A DNA stretch of 64,000 bases from Chrysomallon squamiferum (GCA_012295275.1 CM022679.1:6634001-6698000); one strand, 5' to 3'. Positions 28,430 to 38,800 are shown, numbered from the stretch's first letter. Numbers and translations are program-made. Notes: generated by a model from the sequence alone, not told the origin.

Positions 28430-28569
28430 CCACCTCCAACAGTAATAATAATAATAATAAAGACGTATACATATAAAAAGGTGCATCACCTAAATTTATT
28501 CTTACCAGTTCCTGAGAAAAGTAGTAACAGTGTAATGCCCACAAATCGATGATAACGAAAGGAAATCAT
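562..28569 (-). CDS. Gene A (spliced, 43 exons, ~2250 aa): membrane-anchored GH18 chitinase-like protein with a long stalk of ephrin-receptor-like (GCC2/GCC3, PF07699-type) repeats, a SEA-like domain, EGF, TM and cytoplasmic tail
   Basis: All exons have AG/GT borders and compatible phases from ATG 28569 to TAA 562-564. Summed coding length is 6753 nt (divisible by 3) after correcting a +1 indel at 23429 and a -1 indel at 20130-20135. Confidence 0.85.
1491..1511 (-). CDS. Gene A 21-nt cytoplasmic microexon (candidate)
   Basis: ttgcag|A TCT TCC CCT AAA GAC AAA AG|gtaatg, encoding SSPKDK; phase 2-2. Confidence 0.6.
2021..2102. repeat. (CT)n microsatellite
   Basis: Directly visible. Confidence 0.97.
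3624..3726 (-). CDS. Gene A transmembrane exon
   Basis: RADNLSAVIGGAVGGSLAFFLFLLLIVLACFCCR; phase 1 to 2. Confidence 0.88.
4243..4374 (-). CDS. Gene A juxtamembrane EGF-like exon
   Basis: PCEMSPDFCQNGGTCLWNESRPEDGMTCTCQTRFSGDHCENYA; six-Cys EGF, phase 1-1. Confidence 0.9.
4987..5142 (-). CDS. Gene A stalk repeat exon 26/26
   Basis: RCPAGTMQLQQQCQECPVDQYQDESG...; 156 nt. Confidence 0.9.
5643..5798 (-). CDS. Gene A stalk repeat exon 25/26
   Basis: HCPAGYKEESGICVKCPLNYYQDKTE...; 156 nt. Confidence 0.9.
6290..6445 (-). CDS. Gene A stalk repeat exon 24/26
   Basis: YCPTGTKEQKATCVKCPAGQYQDEPN...; 156 nt. Confidence 0.9.
6724..6879 (-). CDS. Gene A stalk repeat exon 23/26
   Basis: KCLAGTKGERGECVKCPRGQFQDEIGTTVCKACPEFRTT...; 156 nt. 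Confidence 0.88.
7183..7338 (-). CDS. Gene A stalk repeat exon 22/26
   Basis: NCPKGMKHEGNSCELCPVGQYQDEIR...; 156 nt. Confidence 0.9.
7564..7719 (-). CDS. Gene A stalk repeat exon 21/26
   Basis: QCPLGTRIVSGRCEKCAVGQYQDEMN...; 156 nt. Confidence 0.9.
7816..7854 (-). pseudogene. Partial duplicate of the 5' end of a repeat exon, with an in-frame stop
   Basis: Acceptor aaccag, then QCPSG*KPVSGS, then gtaaga. The acceptor context matches that of exon 7564-7719. Confidence 0.65.
8144..8299 (-). CDS. Gene A stalk repeat exon 20/26
   Basis: HCPVGRKQESGTCTECPRGWYQDETG...; 156 nt. Confidence 0.9.
8675..8830 (-). CDS. Gene A stalk repeat exon 19/26
   Basis: QCPTGYKAVSGTCQQCPVGQYQDGVGAKTC...; 156 nt. 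Confidence 0.9.
9279..9434 (-). CDS. Gene A stalk repeat exon 18/26
   Basis: QCPVGYKAVSGTCQQCPVGQYQDGIGANTC...; 156 nt. Confidence 0.9.
9872..10027 (-). CDS. Gene A stalk repeat exon 17/26
   Basis: QCPIGYKAVSGTCQQCPVGQYQDGVGANTC...; 156 nt. Confidence 0.9.
10258..10413 (-). CDS. Gene A stalk repeat exon 16/26
   Basis: RCPAGYREVSGTCQQCPVGQYQDGVG...; 156 nt. Confidence 0.9.
10785..10940 (-). CDS. Gene A stalk repeat exon 15/26
   Basis: QCPAGYKQVSGTCQQCPVGQYQDGVG...; 156 nt. Confidence 0.9.
11466..11621 (-). CDS. Gene A stalk repeat exon 14/26
   Basis: QCPIGYKAVSGTCQQCPAGQYQDGVG...; 156 nt. Confidence 0.9.
12405..12560 (-). CDS. Gene A stalk repeat exon 13/26
   Basis: KCPVGYKQVSATCQQCPVGQYQDVVG...; 156 nt. 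Confidence 0.9.
13017..13172 (-). CDS. Gene A stalk repeat exon 12/26
   Basis: QCPIGYKAVSGTCQQCPVGQYQDGVGANACKSCPQYYTT...; 156 nt. Confidence 0.88.
13374..13491 (-). pseudogene. Degenerate repeat exon, a copy of exon 10258-10413 with internal deletions
   Basis: Both splice sites are kept but the exon is 118 nt rather than 156, so frame is lost and Cys codons are deleted. Confidence 0.8.
13627..13664 (-). pseudogene. Truncated repeat-exon fragment (5' end only)
   Basis: Acceptor tgcag, then QCPAGMKQQLET*, fused to intronic sequence matching ~10650-10678. Confidence 0.7.
14280..14435 (-). CDS. Gene A stalk repeat exon 11/26
   Basis: QCPAGFMQIRQSCVECPLGQYQDEPG...; 156 nt. Confidence 0.9.
14744..14899 (-). 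CDS. Gene A stalk repeat exon 10/26
   Basis: RCPTGTKEVSGTCELCPAGQYQDEEG...; 156 nt. Confidence 0.9.
15288..15443 (-). CDS. Gene A stalk repeat exon 9/26
   Basis: HCPVGSKAQAGSCVACPVGQYQDIAG...; 156 nt. Confidence 0.9.
15690..15854 (-). CDS. Gene A stalk repeat exon 8/26
   Basis: VQVVCPAGQYEVSGSCVLCQQNFYQD...; 165 nt. Confidence 0.85.
16266..16421 (-). CDS. Gene A stalk repeat exon 7/26
   Basis: QCPRGYKEQTGTCVLCPVGQYQDEIGSNYCKTCPAGKTT...; 156 nt. Confidence 0.9.
16691..16846 (-). CDS. Gene A stalk repeat exon 6/26
   Basis: KCPAGMKEESFTCVPCPLGEYQDQIG...; 156 nt. Confidence 0.9.
17501..17656 (-). CDS. Gene A stalk repeat exon 5/26
   Basis: TCPKGTRVVSDTCVECPVGYYQDQ...; 156 nt. Confidence 0.9.
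17810..17974 (-). CDS. Gene A stalk repeat exon 4/26
   Basis: VQVVCPVGQYKVSGSCVLCQQNFYQDLTG...; 165 nt (156 if the inner AG at 17966 is used). Confidence 0.85.
18562..18717 (-). CDS. Gene A stalk repeat exon 3/26
   Basis: KCPAGMKEESFTCVPCPLGEYQDQTG...; 156 nt. Confidence 0.9.
19524..19679 (-). CDS. Gene A stalk repeat exon 2/26
   Basis: TCPKGTRVASDTCVECPVGYYQDQINTTTCNSCP...; 156 nt, phase 1-1. Confidence 0.9.
20091..20245 (-). CDS. Gene A stalk repeat exon 1/26 (carries a -1 frameshift in an A6 run)
   Basis: PCPIGTAENFDKCVECAYGFYQDKTGMTGCTKCPKYK/TTIRGATSINYCY; 155 nt instead of 156. Confidence 0.82.
20441..20537 (-). CDS. Gene A exon 13: end of SEA-like region and half Cys repeat
   Basis: IDIYGLIFQSVSNTNITIVCRQAGYVLTNTMC; phase 0 to 1. 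Confidence 0.78.
21035..21137 (-). CDS. Gene A exon 12: SEA-like region
   Basis: QELKLNTSTGSEEIRSTRNVLNDYFTDKTVFSTL; phase 2 to 0 fits both neighbours. Confidence 0.75.
21590..21869 (-). CDS. Gene A exon 11: SEA-like domain with furin-type RRRR site
   Basis: GEVIPQLDLMTYRITMQFTAKSCD...GCQSSGRRRRQTQIPIKMDLIFNSI; phase 1 to 2. The SEA-like label is inference. Confidence 0.8.
22004..22162 (-). CDS. Gene A exon 10: ephrin-receptor-like repeat
   Basis: PCPAGQEFDYLDSQCKQCSMNYFKNTQSRFCTKCPQGQKTVQRGSAECVPLP; 159 nt, phase 1-1. Confidence 0.85.
22573..22734 (-). CDS. Gene A exon 9: ephrin-receptor-like Cys-rich repeat
   Basis: DQCQAGTRVDSLTYTCIDCALDKYQDKISQPVCIPCPSGTLTKSTRSTGKQFCH; 162 nt, phase 1-1. 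Confidence 0.88.
23317..23456 (-). CDS. Gene A exon 8: GH18 C-terminus (carries a +1 frameshift)
   Basis: ANYIKDMNL[+A]GGAMVFEISQDDFNGQFCNEGNFPLLTKLKQVL; 140 nt, whereas 139 is needed for phase 0 to 1. Confidence 0.88.
23637..23768 (-). CDS. Gene A exon 7: GH18 insertion domain
   Basis: VCSDSTSKPIY...FAWDSAQWVGYETQKSIEIK (QWVGY motif). Confidence 0.9.
23836..23904. repeat. (CT)n microsatellite
   Basis: Directly visible. Confidence 0.95.
23962..24117 (-). CDS. Gene A exon 6: GH18
   Basis: DYAVRYWMSKGMPAQKIVLGIPFYGKAFQL...LPYYK. Confidence 0.92.
24221..24286. repeat. (CT)n microsatellite
   Basis: Directly visible. Confidence 0.95.
24306..24429 (-). CDS. Gene A exon 5: GH18
   Basis: DFDFVNIMAYDYQGNF...HPSPLY (MxYDxxG motif); phase 2 to 0. 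Confidence 0.9.
24787..24914 (-). CDS. Gene A exon 4: GH18
   Basis: QLRQKFDTEAASQTTKSKLILSASVSGNKQTIDNSYEVNNLT; phase 0 to 2. Confidence 0.9.
26007..26263 (-). CDS. Gene A exon 3: GH18 with catalytic motif region
   Basis: KVLLAVGGWN...YLRDRNFDGLDIVWEFPG; phase 1 to 0. Confidence 0.95.
26376..26747. mobile_element. Possible MITE in a gene A intron
   Basis: Terminal inverted repeat TACTGAAACC...GGTTTCAGTA, extending imperfectly inward; ~370 bp, no convincing coding content. Confidence 0.35.
26852..26890. repeat. (TG)n microsatellite
   Basis: Directly visible. Confidence 0.95.
27561..27746 (-). CDS. Gene A exon 2: GH18 N-terminus
   Basis: VNADYKRVCYYANWAQYRPAVMQFNPENINPSLCTHIVYAFAKI..., the classic animal chitinase start. 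Confidence 0.95.
28506..28569 (-). CDS. Gene A exon 1: signal peptide
   Basis: MISFRYHRFVGITLLLLFSGT, donor gtaag, phase 1. Continues as VNA/DYKRVCYY. An acceptor at 28585 implies an upstream UTR exon. Confidence 0.8.
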
Positions 28570-28658
28570 TTTTCTAGTTAGCACCTGAAAGTTTAAAATA
28601 AATTTATTTATAAATATAAGTTCAAATACAATTTAAGTTCAGGATTATTATTATTATT

Positions 28659-28691
<33 letters not shown>

Positions 28692-30301
28692 TTCATCATC
28701 AATAATAACAACTTTAGTTATTGAATAAGTTGCTACAGCTATCAGTTATTATCACTGTTGCCTGCTGCTGTTGTTGATGTTGTAACATATTTGACAGCAT
28801 TGGTGGTAAATATTTTTTATTGAATGCATCTTATTTCATTATGTTTCGAAGAATTTAACATTCACTTTTAAAAATACGATATATATATATATATTTGGTA
28901 GATTTCGAGACGATCCTGGGCAGGAATACGATCCCAGCAAATACTAATCTTAAGGCATCGAAGCTGATGAAACAAAAGTTTACAGTATACTTTTACAGAC
29001 GTCTTTTTGTTCTGTGGATGTAGACATTCTTCACTACCAACCATAAAATAACCTGTTGTGTAGTATTATGTAACTTAAACGCGAAATATGATAACGCGTA
29101 AGATTGTGAAAAAAGTAGATTAGGAGCTTCAGTTGAAAGGGAGAGTCAGAATGTCAGAATGTAAATTTATGTCTTGCATAGCATTCTCAGTCAGAGTTAT
29201 AGAAGTTACTAGTTTTATAAGAATCGAAAATAAAAGCAGAATTCAGTAGATACTAATTTACATGTTAGGATTATGATGTTTCAATATTTTGTGAGGTTTT
29301 TCTATGGTTACTAATAAGTGATTGATAATTTAGTGTTATCATTGACAGTCATAATGGTGTAAATTTGATTACTATATTGAATACTGTACCCTTTTTAGAT
29401 CTTAAAATACCATTTAGATAACTGTTTTCATTTAAAGAGTAACCAGTACATTGTTGTTATTTAAGAATTATTCTGTTTTGATGTACAGTTTTTGTATAAC
29501 ATGCGTGAATGGACTGCTTTCGAGAGCGGATGAGTAGAGGATTAAACTGTCAATTTCATTTAGGTTTTTTTATTATTAGATGAGCAGGATAGAAGAAATA
29601 ACCGTATGCTATCTTAACATGTCTGTTTTATCCTGCTCAGGTCGAATGGGGCAATTCTAACCTTTGTAGGACTAAACTGATGTCTTAAAACAATACAGAA
29701 TTATGTGTTTTAGCATGATAAAGATTACATCTATCACAGTGATTGGTGTAACACATGGAGACTGCTCTTGATGCATCGTTAATTAATATTAGTGATCTGA
29801 TTTGCATTTTAAAAGAACACGAATGTAAAGCTAGAATCTTCAGTTTTAGTGAAAATAAAATGGAATAGCTTTAAGCATGAAGCCATTCCGCCATGTCTGA
29901 CTTATTAAATTCTGTGGTTTGTGCTTCCCTATCTGTAAGAAAATACACAAAAAATACTACCTGCAGCTAGTCGTTATGAGTAGCTCGGTAGTACATTTTC
30001 TCTTTGCTATAATGTAAAAATCCTTTCATGTGTCTAAAAATAAACATGAATTTATTCAGCACACGAGTGGTGATTTTATCATATCGAACATTAATCAATA
30101 TTAAATGATATCCCAATCATGGGCTGTCAAACAATGGTGAATATTGAAATAAATATATTTAAAACCACATAAAAATTATACTATATAAAGCAAACTAAAT
30201 ACAGCGTAGGCAAACAGATTTAAAAAAAAAAAAAAAAATGTCAGCACGACTTTAATGAACAGTCGGTCAGTCGGAGTTCAAATTATGTTATTGTTGGGTT
30301 T

Positions 30302-30333
<32 letters not shown>

Positions 30334-33300
30334 AGAGACGCTTTCCTTTGCTGGATTTTCAGATCTCTCATGCGTGAATTTCATCTGCTGGAATCGGGTC
30401 ACCAAACATTGTAAACACGTCCAGGTATTTATCAGTCTCAGCATGTTATGGAATGTCAGAAAGAAAATATGGCAGTAGACTCTTAAACGAGCAAAACATT
30501 AATTACCTAGTAAAGTCTGGCCTGGGGCTGGTCGTAGTTTACGGATGAGAATGAACCTTGACATAGATTATTAAATTAAATTTGATATCCATTGAAAAAA
30601 TACAGATCCCAAATATTTGGATTTGAGAAATTAAAAAATGAATAAATAATATAACATGCACATACTTTAAAATGATTTTATCACTCATATTTATTATTCA
30701 TTTTAGAATTTTTACAAATTTTACAGTGAAGAAAATTCAGTTTCATTTATTTGAGGATGTTATTTAGTTACTGGAAATAATGTACGTTACTCTTCTGAAT
30801 CGAGCTTAAGGCAGTAAATATACTGTGTAGAGTTTTAATCAGGACTTGATCTGAAAACATAGTTCATCACATTGTAATCTACAGGCCGCATTCTGCTTTA
30901 TCTAGATGCCATAAAATGAATATATCAAAACATGTCACAGGCCGAGAGAACTTCTTGATAAAAACACGCACAAAAAACAATTTAAATACTGATCTCTATA
31001 TGGCTGCATAAATAGATACATAAAAACAATACAGAGACATATACACATTTACAAGTACTTATATACCCATATATACATATTTGCATACATACATACATAC
31101 ATACAAACATACACACACATTCATAAATACACAGACACATAAATACATACATACGCATACATACATATATACAACCATACATCATTTGGAAACTACATAA
31201 ACCATTATGTGTCTGGGGGAGGGTTTCTGTGAAAAGAATGCATTTACAGCTGATTGATATAAATAGACATACTTCTTCAACGGCGCAAAAAGAAAATGTG
31301 ATATGTTTTGTTGTTTATCTCTATTTTGTAATGTTTGTGATAATTTGTACCTGGGCTTCGATAATCTGCTTGTCCTTTGGTCTATTTGTGGTTTCGATGA
31401 ATGGAAATATGGAATTTCTTTCGTATGTGTGGGTTACTGCTCCACCCTTATTGCTCCACCCTATCTTAATAATTATAATCCTTCGCTCTGAACTTTTTAT
31501 TTATTCATGTTTTTATTATTGTTATTGTTGTTGTTGTTATTATATATATTTTTAATAATACCCGTACATATTTCTATGTATATTATTATTACATCATATA
31601 TATGTACATTTTTATAAACACACCCGCTATTACTCATCAGCAGTAACAAAAGCACATCCTTAACTAATTTCATCGTCAAGAAAACACCCTATATTCAGAT
31701 AAACAAACCATATATATCTTTATGTCTCTTTTGAAATACTTACATACGAATTCAGCACCTCATCCCTATAAGAATTATACATCGTGAAACTACACGTAAA
31801 TTGGAAAGATGGCTGTGATCCTATTTTACGTCACTTAATTTATTTCATTTGCAAGATCTTTGTCAAAGAAAAAAAAAAGTAAAAATAAAACAAACAAAAA
31901 ATAAAACAAAACAAAACTAAAAAATAATAATAATAATAATAATAATAATGAATTATAAATTTTAAAATAAAGTTTATTTAGAAATTACGTAATACCATTC
32001 TTTATTCACTGCAGTTATTTTAACAATAGAAACTAAATGCATAAATACATACTCAAATATGTACATACGCCAGATTATATACACATACAAATACTAACAG
32101 CCATGTACACTAATGTATAATAAAACAGTGAAACTCATATAAAATATGCACACACAAATGTATATATTTTTGCTTCGTAGTTTTATGATTACTAAATATT
32201 TGTATCAATTATGATATTGAATAGACACCAAACATTGCCAAACAGGACGTTTTGTGCATTAGTTGATCTTAGAATGCTTTCGTCTGAGAACAGTTCAACT
32301 CTGGGTCCCCTCTGGGTCCCCTCTGACATGTATCCATATAGCACAGTACCTCCGCTTTCAAGTTTTTCAGTGTACAGATCATAAATACAATGTGGTTCTG
32401 TAAGTCGCTATTTTATTTTAGGTAGTGTGCAAGCGTGGTCTTTTCATTGAATTGAAAAGTTAGGTTTGAATTACACGTTCCATATATAACATAACCTGTT
32501 TTTCTCAGAAACACTTTAATACGGACGAACCTTTTATTTCGAAAATCACAACGATGACATAATTTAATAACATCGGAACATTGAAATTAGTTCCACCTTT
32601 AGTGCTACTACTACTACTACTACACCACACTACATCAACCACCACCACTACTACTACTAACAAAAACAACAACAGCAGCAGCAATAATAATAATAATAAG
32701 AAGAAGAAGTAGGAGGAAACATTTTGCATTTCAAATAAACATAAACTACTTAAATTATATCCACTAATGTTTTTTTAATCTTCGAAATATCGATTATAAA
32801 TCTAACTGACAATGTCTTATTTTACCTACTGGTAAGATCAAATCTGTAAACTTTTATCCGTGTAATAACATAGCATTAGAAAGAAAGGAAGCCGAATTTC
32901 ATAATTTCAAACTTACCTCGGAAATAAACAGATAATCCAAATATTTATTATGTCTGGAAGTTTTCAGTTGATCAGAATATAAAAATGTAACATATATACA
33001 CAAACATACTGAACACAGAAATGTCGTCTGCCCGGTAAGGCGACTATCGAAAATACACTGTTATTAATAAAAGAAATAGGATACACCCTTGCCACGGACC
33101 ACTGGGTCGGTATAAGTCTTCTCTTTTCATCCCTCGTTTTAACAGGTTTTGTTATATGGCACGTTACCTTCCTAGTCTTGTCAAATTTACATATACACAC
33201 ATGAATGTATAACGTCTCATAGCATGCAGTAATTTTCAGCGGTCATTATTTTAATGGTAATTTAAAGACGTAAAATTTTCTCTGCGGTTAAATGTGTCGA

Positions 33301-34548
33301 ACCAGAACGCGGCAGAACGAAGGATCGATCCTCCAAGAAAAGGGCAGTTTTCTGTTATTAAATTTGAATTTACAAAGGCTATAAAACAACTCTTTTCAGA
33401 AGCTAACTATTAAGAATTCTTTAGAATAAGGGTGTCTAACATTAGTCCGTTAGATCACAGAGGTAAATATTTTGAGGCAGATCTATTGGATTATTAACAT
33501 AAATACAGGTGCATTTGTCAGCTGATATATATGGTTCATATATGAATAAAAATTATACATCCTTAGTATTACTGGCTTTTTATATTATTTTATGAATGAT
33601 CTGGAAATGACTTTAATTGATTTCTTTCGAAAATATTATATAATTATTACCCAAATAAATAAATTATTATTTAAAATTTCTTCCAAACTAATTCTATTGT
33701 AATTTAAAATCCTTATGGCATGTATTAGTTATCGTTCCTGTAATAGTCACCGAAACAGATGTTTGTCCTGGTCAGTTTCCTTACTTGTACGTTAAATTCT
33801 AAACTAGTTAATGTCAAAATATCCAGTGTAAAGGGTTGAAGACAAATAGGAAGGAAGGACTAAATGTGTACAGTATAAATCTATAAACTGCCTTTATTAA
33901 TCGAACAATCATTAACAGTTTGTCAAACTTAATTTTAGTTTGTCACCAGTCGAAACAAAGACAACGTTTTGAAATTTTAAAAAGAAAAATAATCATTTTT
34001 GTAGTTTATCTTGTTCGTAGGTGAACATTATTACAACATTTGTTTGAAGCCAAAGGCTATATCCTTATCGGCCTGTTAAATCGGCCATTAACCAACTACT
34101 GTCGATGATTGTAAAAATTGTAGTTTTTCTTTTTCCGAACAGTACAGTAATGAGTTCTGAATCGCAGTTTTATACAGCTTAACAGGGTAAGGCGGGCATG
34201 CAATTACAGAAATATTCTGAACTGTCTTCTTTTTAAAAACCGGTTCTCCCACCCCTCTAAACATGGGTAAGGACAAACAAAGACATAAATATGTGCACTG
34301 ACCTGAAACTTTAACAACGGGATTATTTTTAAACCAGCACAAAACCATCACCAGCTTAAATACTAAAAGTTTACAAACAAGAATAAACACATCTGCAGTA
34401 ATTCAGTATAAAGATTTTAATAAATTCTGAAATTTATCTTTAAAAAGTTGAAAAAATAAATAAAACCACTATCAAAATATTACGCCTATATTACATATAA
34501 AGTGATTTGATTTTTATTACAAAATAAATCTCGACACGATTTAAGTAA

Positions 34549-34635
<87 letters not shown>
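34549..34635. repeat. (AAT)13(ATT)16 palindromic microsatellite
   Basis: Directly visible; centre at 34587/34588. Confidence 0.9.
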
Positions 34636-35310
34636 TCAGATTTATTATTTTTTTTTATTTATTTATTTTTTTTTTTTTTAAGGACAGTTCTCTTGAAAAA
34701 TAAAGATCGAAACGTTCACAAATTTTAATAAAAAAAAAGTATTAATCTTTTTCATTAAATAAAATTACAGGTAATTCTAACTGGAGAGAAATAAATAAGT
34801 AAAAAAAGTGTGTGTGTGTTGACTTACAGATAATGATGTTTGATTTTTTTTTGATTATTATATTTACTGACTTTCAGGGATAAATTGCTAATGTGTAATT
34901 TCTAAAAGCAGTTCCCTTCACTTTAGTTGTAGATACGCTGGACGAGTTATACCCCTTTATGACTATTTAGTTAGTTATTTAGTTAGTTTTAGTTTTATCT
35001 TTAACATCAATTTGTTTCTACAATCGTTTATAATGCACCGTTTATAAATTGTATACGAAGTTGCTTATCTGCCTCTTTTTCTTAGGCGCAAACTTGCATT
35101 ATATGAATGGTGCCATAAAACTGGACATTTCTCTCAAAATATTCTCTTTCTGTTTTTTATAATGTAGAAAGAGAAAATGAAATGAACGAGGTACGCTACT
35201 GACAAAAACAGTTCTAGTAATAACATTTTTAATACGTTTGTAATCCACTGAAAAAGTCCATAAAGAATGTGTCAATAATAAAACAATAAAAATAAATAAT
35301 AAATAATAAC

Positions 35311-35364
<54 letters not shown>

Positions 35365-35747
35365 CACACACACACACACACGTGCGTTGTCAGAACAAAT
35401 TTAGCATTACGCCCATCTAAGTGGTGTATAAGTGGGTGGGGTTCAGGGAACATTTGTAAACTTTGGACGCTGCTGAGGCCTTCTGAGCCATGTTTTCTAT
35501 TTATTTTCTGAGGCATTTTTGTTTTCTAACAATATTAAATAAAAAGGAAGAGGATATTTTATTGAGCCTGTGTGTGTGTGTGCGCGCGCGCGTGCGCGTG
35601 TGTATGTGTGTGTGTGTGTGTTTATATTTTTTACCAAATCTGTTTATTTTAATTGCTTCTAAAATATGAATAATGAATTTAAAACCTATGGAACAAAATA
35701 CAAACAAGTTGAAAGATGTGTAGGTCACAATATAAAAAAAACATAAA

Positions 35748-35754
<7 letters not shown>

Positions 35755-35812
<58 letters not shown>
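35755..35812. repeat. (AG)n microsatellite
   Basis: Directly visible. Confidence 0.95.
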
Positions 35813-35816
<4 letters not shown>

Positions 35817-38800
35817 TTCGGCACTATATATTTTACACTGAATAATCTAGATGACTGGCGTCATGAATGAAATGATATAGCGATGATAAAGACAGTGATA
35901 AAGTTATAACAAGACATATCTGCACATGATCAAACTCATAGATAAACAGACAGATTTACGTATGTATATTATTATTGCTGTTGTACTTTTCTTTTTCTGA
36001 AACTGTAAATAATTGCTTGAATTATAATTGTAATGTTTAATGTAATTTTAGTAAAATAAAACTGGAAATATATTGCGATCCATATTATTAAAACTCCTAG
36101 CCTAGTATGAGCTCGCTGTTTTGTATATTTAAATTACGCTTTCCAGAACAAATAATTACTTTGAAGATAAATAAAATTACTGAATATGATTTAAGAAAAT
36201 CGAGTAAATATTTACAATTAAAATAATTTACTTCCAAGAAGCTACTAAGAAAAATATTACGCAACTTACACTTACACTGCTTAACACGTAATACTTTTTT
36301 TCTCTCTTTCTTTATAAAACGTGTATGAAATAACAATATGATGGCTTTATGTATTTGATCTACTAGCACAGGAGAGATTTTCTCAAGAATTATCTTCAAT
36401 TTTGGAACCTTTAAAAAACATTAAATATATTAATGCAACCATTTTAAGTTATGTTATGAAAGGTATATATAAGTTTACGGATGAAATAGCAGGGCCCATT
36501 ATAGATCAGTCGTATTCAGCAGTTAGCAGGCTACATTTACAAGCTCTGTAAAATACAGTTTAGAAAAGCAGTGCAGTGTTCCGACGTTTGTAAAATTGTG
36601 ATCTATAAATATTTTGCGGATATTAACTCTATTTTTTCGGATTCCTTTATTTTCTGCAAGAATGACTTTTGTAAAGTATTTTATTACGATACTTTTCCTA
36701 ACATCTGCAACAAAGGTAAATCCTTCTCAAATTTATGTCTGTCTTCTGATTTCTGTACATATCTTAGAATGTATGTACTGTAAACGCATGTGCATGCAGG
36801 TGTTTGCTGTATATGTGTATACGTAAATGGGTCTGTAAAAACACACACACACAAATGTGTTAGTGTATGTTTGGTTGCTTGATGTCACTAATTATAATAT
36901 ATGTCAAAGCAAAGACGTATGGAGTGATGTATGAAAAATGGTCAGGAGTGTAACTGAGTATGCGTATTTCTGATTTTTTTATATGTTTTTTTTTCTTCTG
37001 TATATTCTGTTAATTTTATAATACATATATTTTTTTATATTTATTATTACGTTTCTTCTTTCTTTTACATTGATTTTAAAGATCTTTCTGATATTTTCTG
37101 ATAAGAATATAATAAATGATAAAAAATGCGTGAAACACTTTTCCTTTTCAGGCCTTTTTCATCTTTTTATTACTGCGACATCTTGATTCTTACATGAAAA
37201 TAAGCAAACAGTATTTCTTTTGTCCCCGACACACAACTTCCTGGTACACTCTAACATTGAATATGAAACACAAAAGCTTTACAAAAAATATGTAGGTCAG
37301 TGAGAAGTGAACCTCCGCAAACTAAATCAATTTACAAATTTATACGAGAAAAAAAAATGTCAGTCGATTTCTGCTGTAACTAAAACATTTTTTAAGCAAA
37401 ACTTTCAACACACACACAAACAAACACACACACAGAAACACACAAACACAAGCACACAATTAATTAGAAAGAAAAAATAACTAACAAATAATTATGTCTA
37501 GCGAATAGATATATATTAAAATGTTACGTGTCTTTAAAGTTGTGAAAATGATTGTCTGTTTGAAACTATTTTTATTTTACTCTTTGTTTGTAATTTTATA
37601 TTAAAATTAGACTACACTGTTGAGTACTCAGCGAATATTCAACAAAATATAATACATTATAGTTGGTCAATGGGGCATAAAAAAACAAAAACCACACACA
37701 CACACAAAAAAAAAGGGTTTACAGCCCAAACGTTTAAGATTAAATTTCAGTTTGCGAAAACCTTTTTCTTTTAAAATTTAAAAATAGAAGGAAAAAAAAC
37801 AATCAAACTTATTATCCCCATACTGGTATGCTGTCGTATTATTTAGTCACGTATAACATGACTACCTCACTGAATAGGTACAGGGCATGAAGTAGCTCCG
37901 ATTTTTCTCAATAGATACCTACTGGCTGTTTCACTCGACCTGTATGTCAGAGGCACATTTATAAAAATTTTCATTTCTGAACGATTGCTTGTAAAAAAAT
38001 CCTTTCTTGTAATTCCTTTGTTTGCGTCACAGATTTTCTTCTTATTTAAATATATATTTATAATGACATATAACCATATTTTAAAATGCAGTGGTTTAAA
38101 CAGATAGTGATTTTCGTATTTCTGTTTGGTATTTTCAGGTTACTTTTTTGGAACGATTTAATCAGAAAAAGTAATATCCATCTGATTTGATTAATGTTTT
38201 AGAAAATGTGCAGAAAATGAAATTGATTTTAATCGTTTGCTTCTTCTTGGATTTCTGTTAAATTTTGTATCAAAATCTTGAGAGTTTGTAAGAGATAATG
38301 ACGTATTTTGTTTGAAAATTATATTCTGAAATCAATATCTTTCACAGAACCAGAAAATAACAGTAATAACAACGACAACAAAAATGGTATTTTCTTGAAA
38401 AAGGCAATTGTGTGAATCGGCAATTTTTTATCATTGAAATCAGGAAAAAAGATCTAGTTATTGTTACGAATCAGTCTTTTATTTTCAAAACAGAAGATTA
38501 TTTTTGAGTACTGAAGATATGTTGTTTTAAATTAAGAGTCCTGATCCTGTATTTATAATATTAAAAAGGAAAGATAAAAATATGGTTAATCTTGCTGCAA
38601 TTAGGTATAATTTTAAGTTGAAAATATCTATTAGTCCCACAGCAATATACTTAGTTTCCGAGACGATAGACCTATGAGGCTATCTATGCACCCAGGCTCG
38701 TTACTAGATACATTGATAAAAGTCATTATTTTCACTGACATCCTGGAAATTTTGGGAGTGATGGATAATAATGTGAAATAATAGTATAAAATATTTTTCA

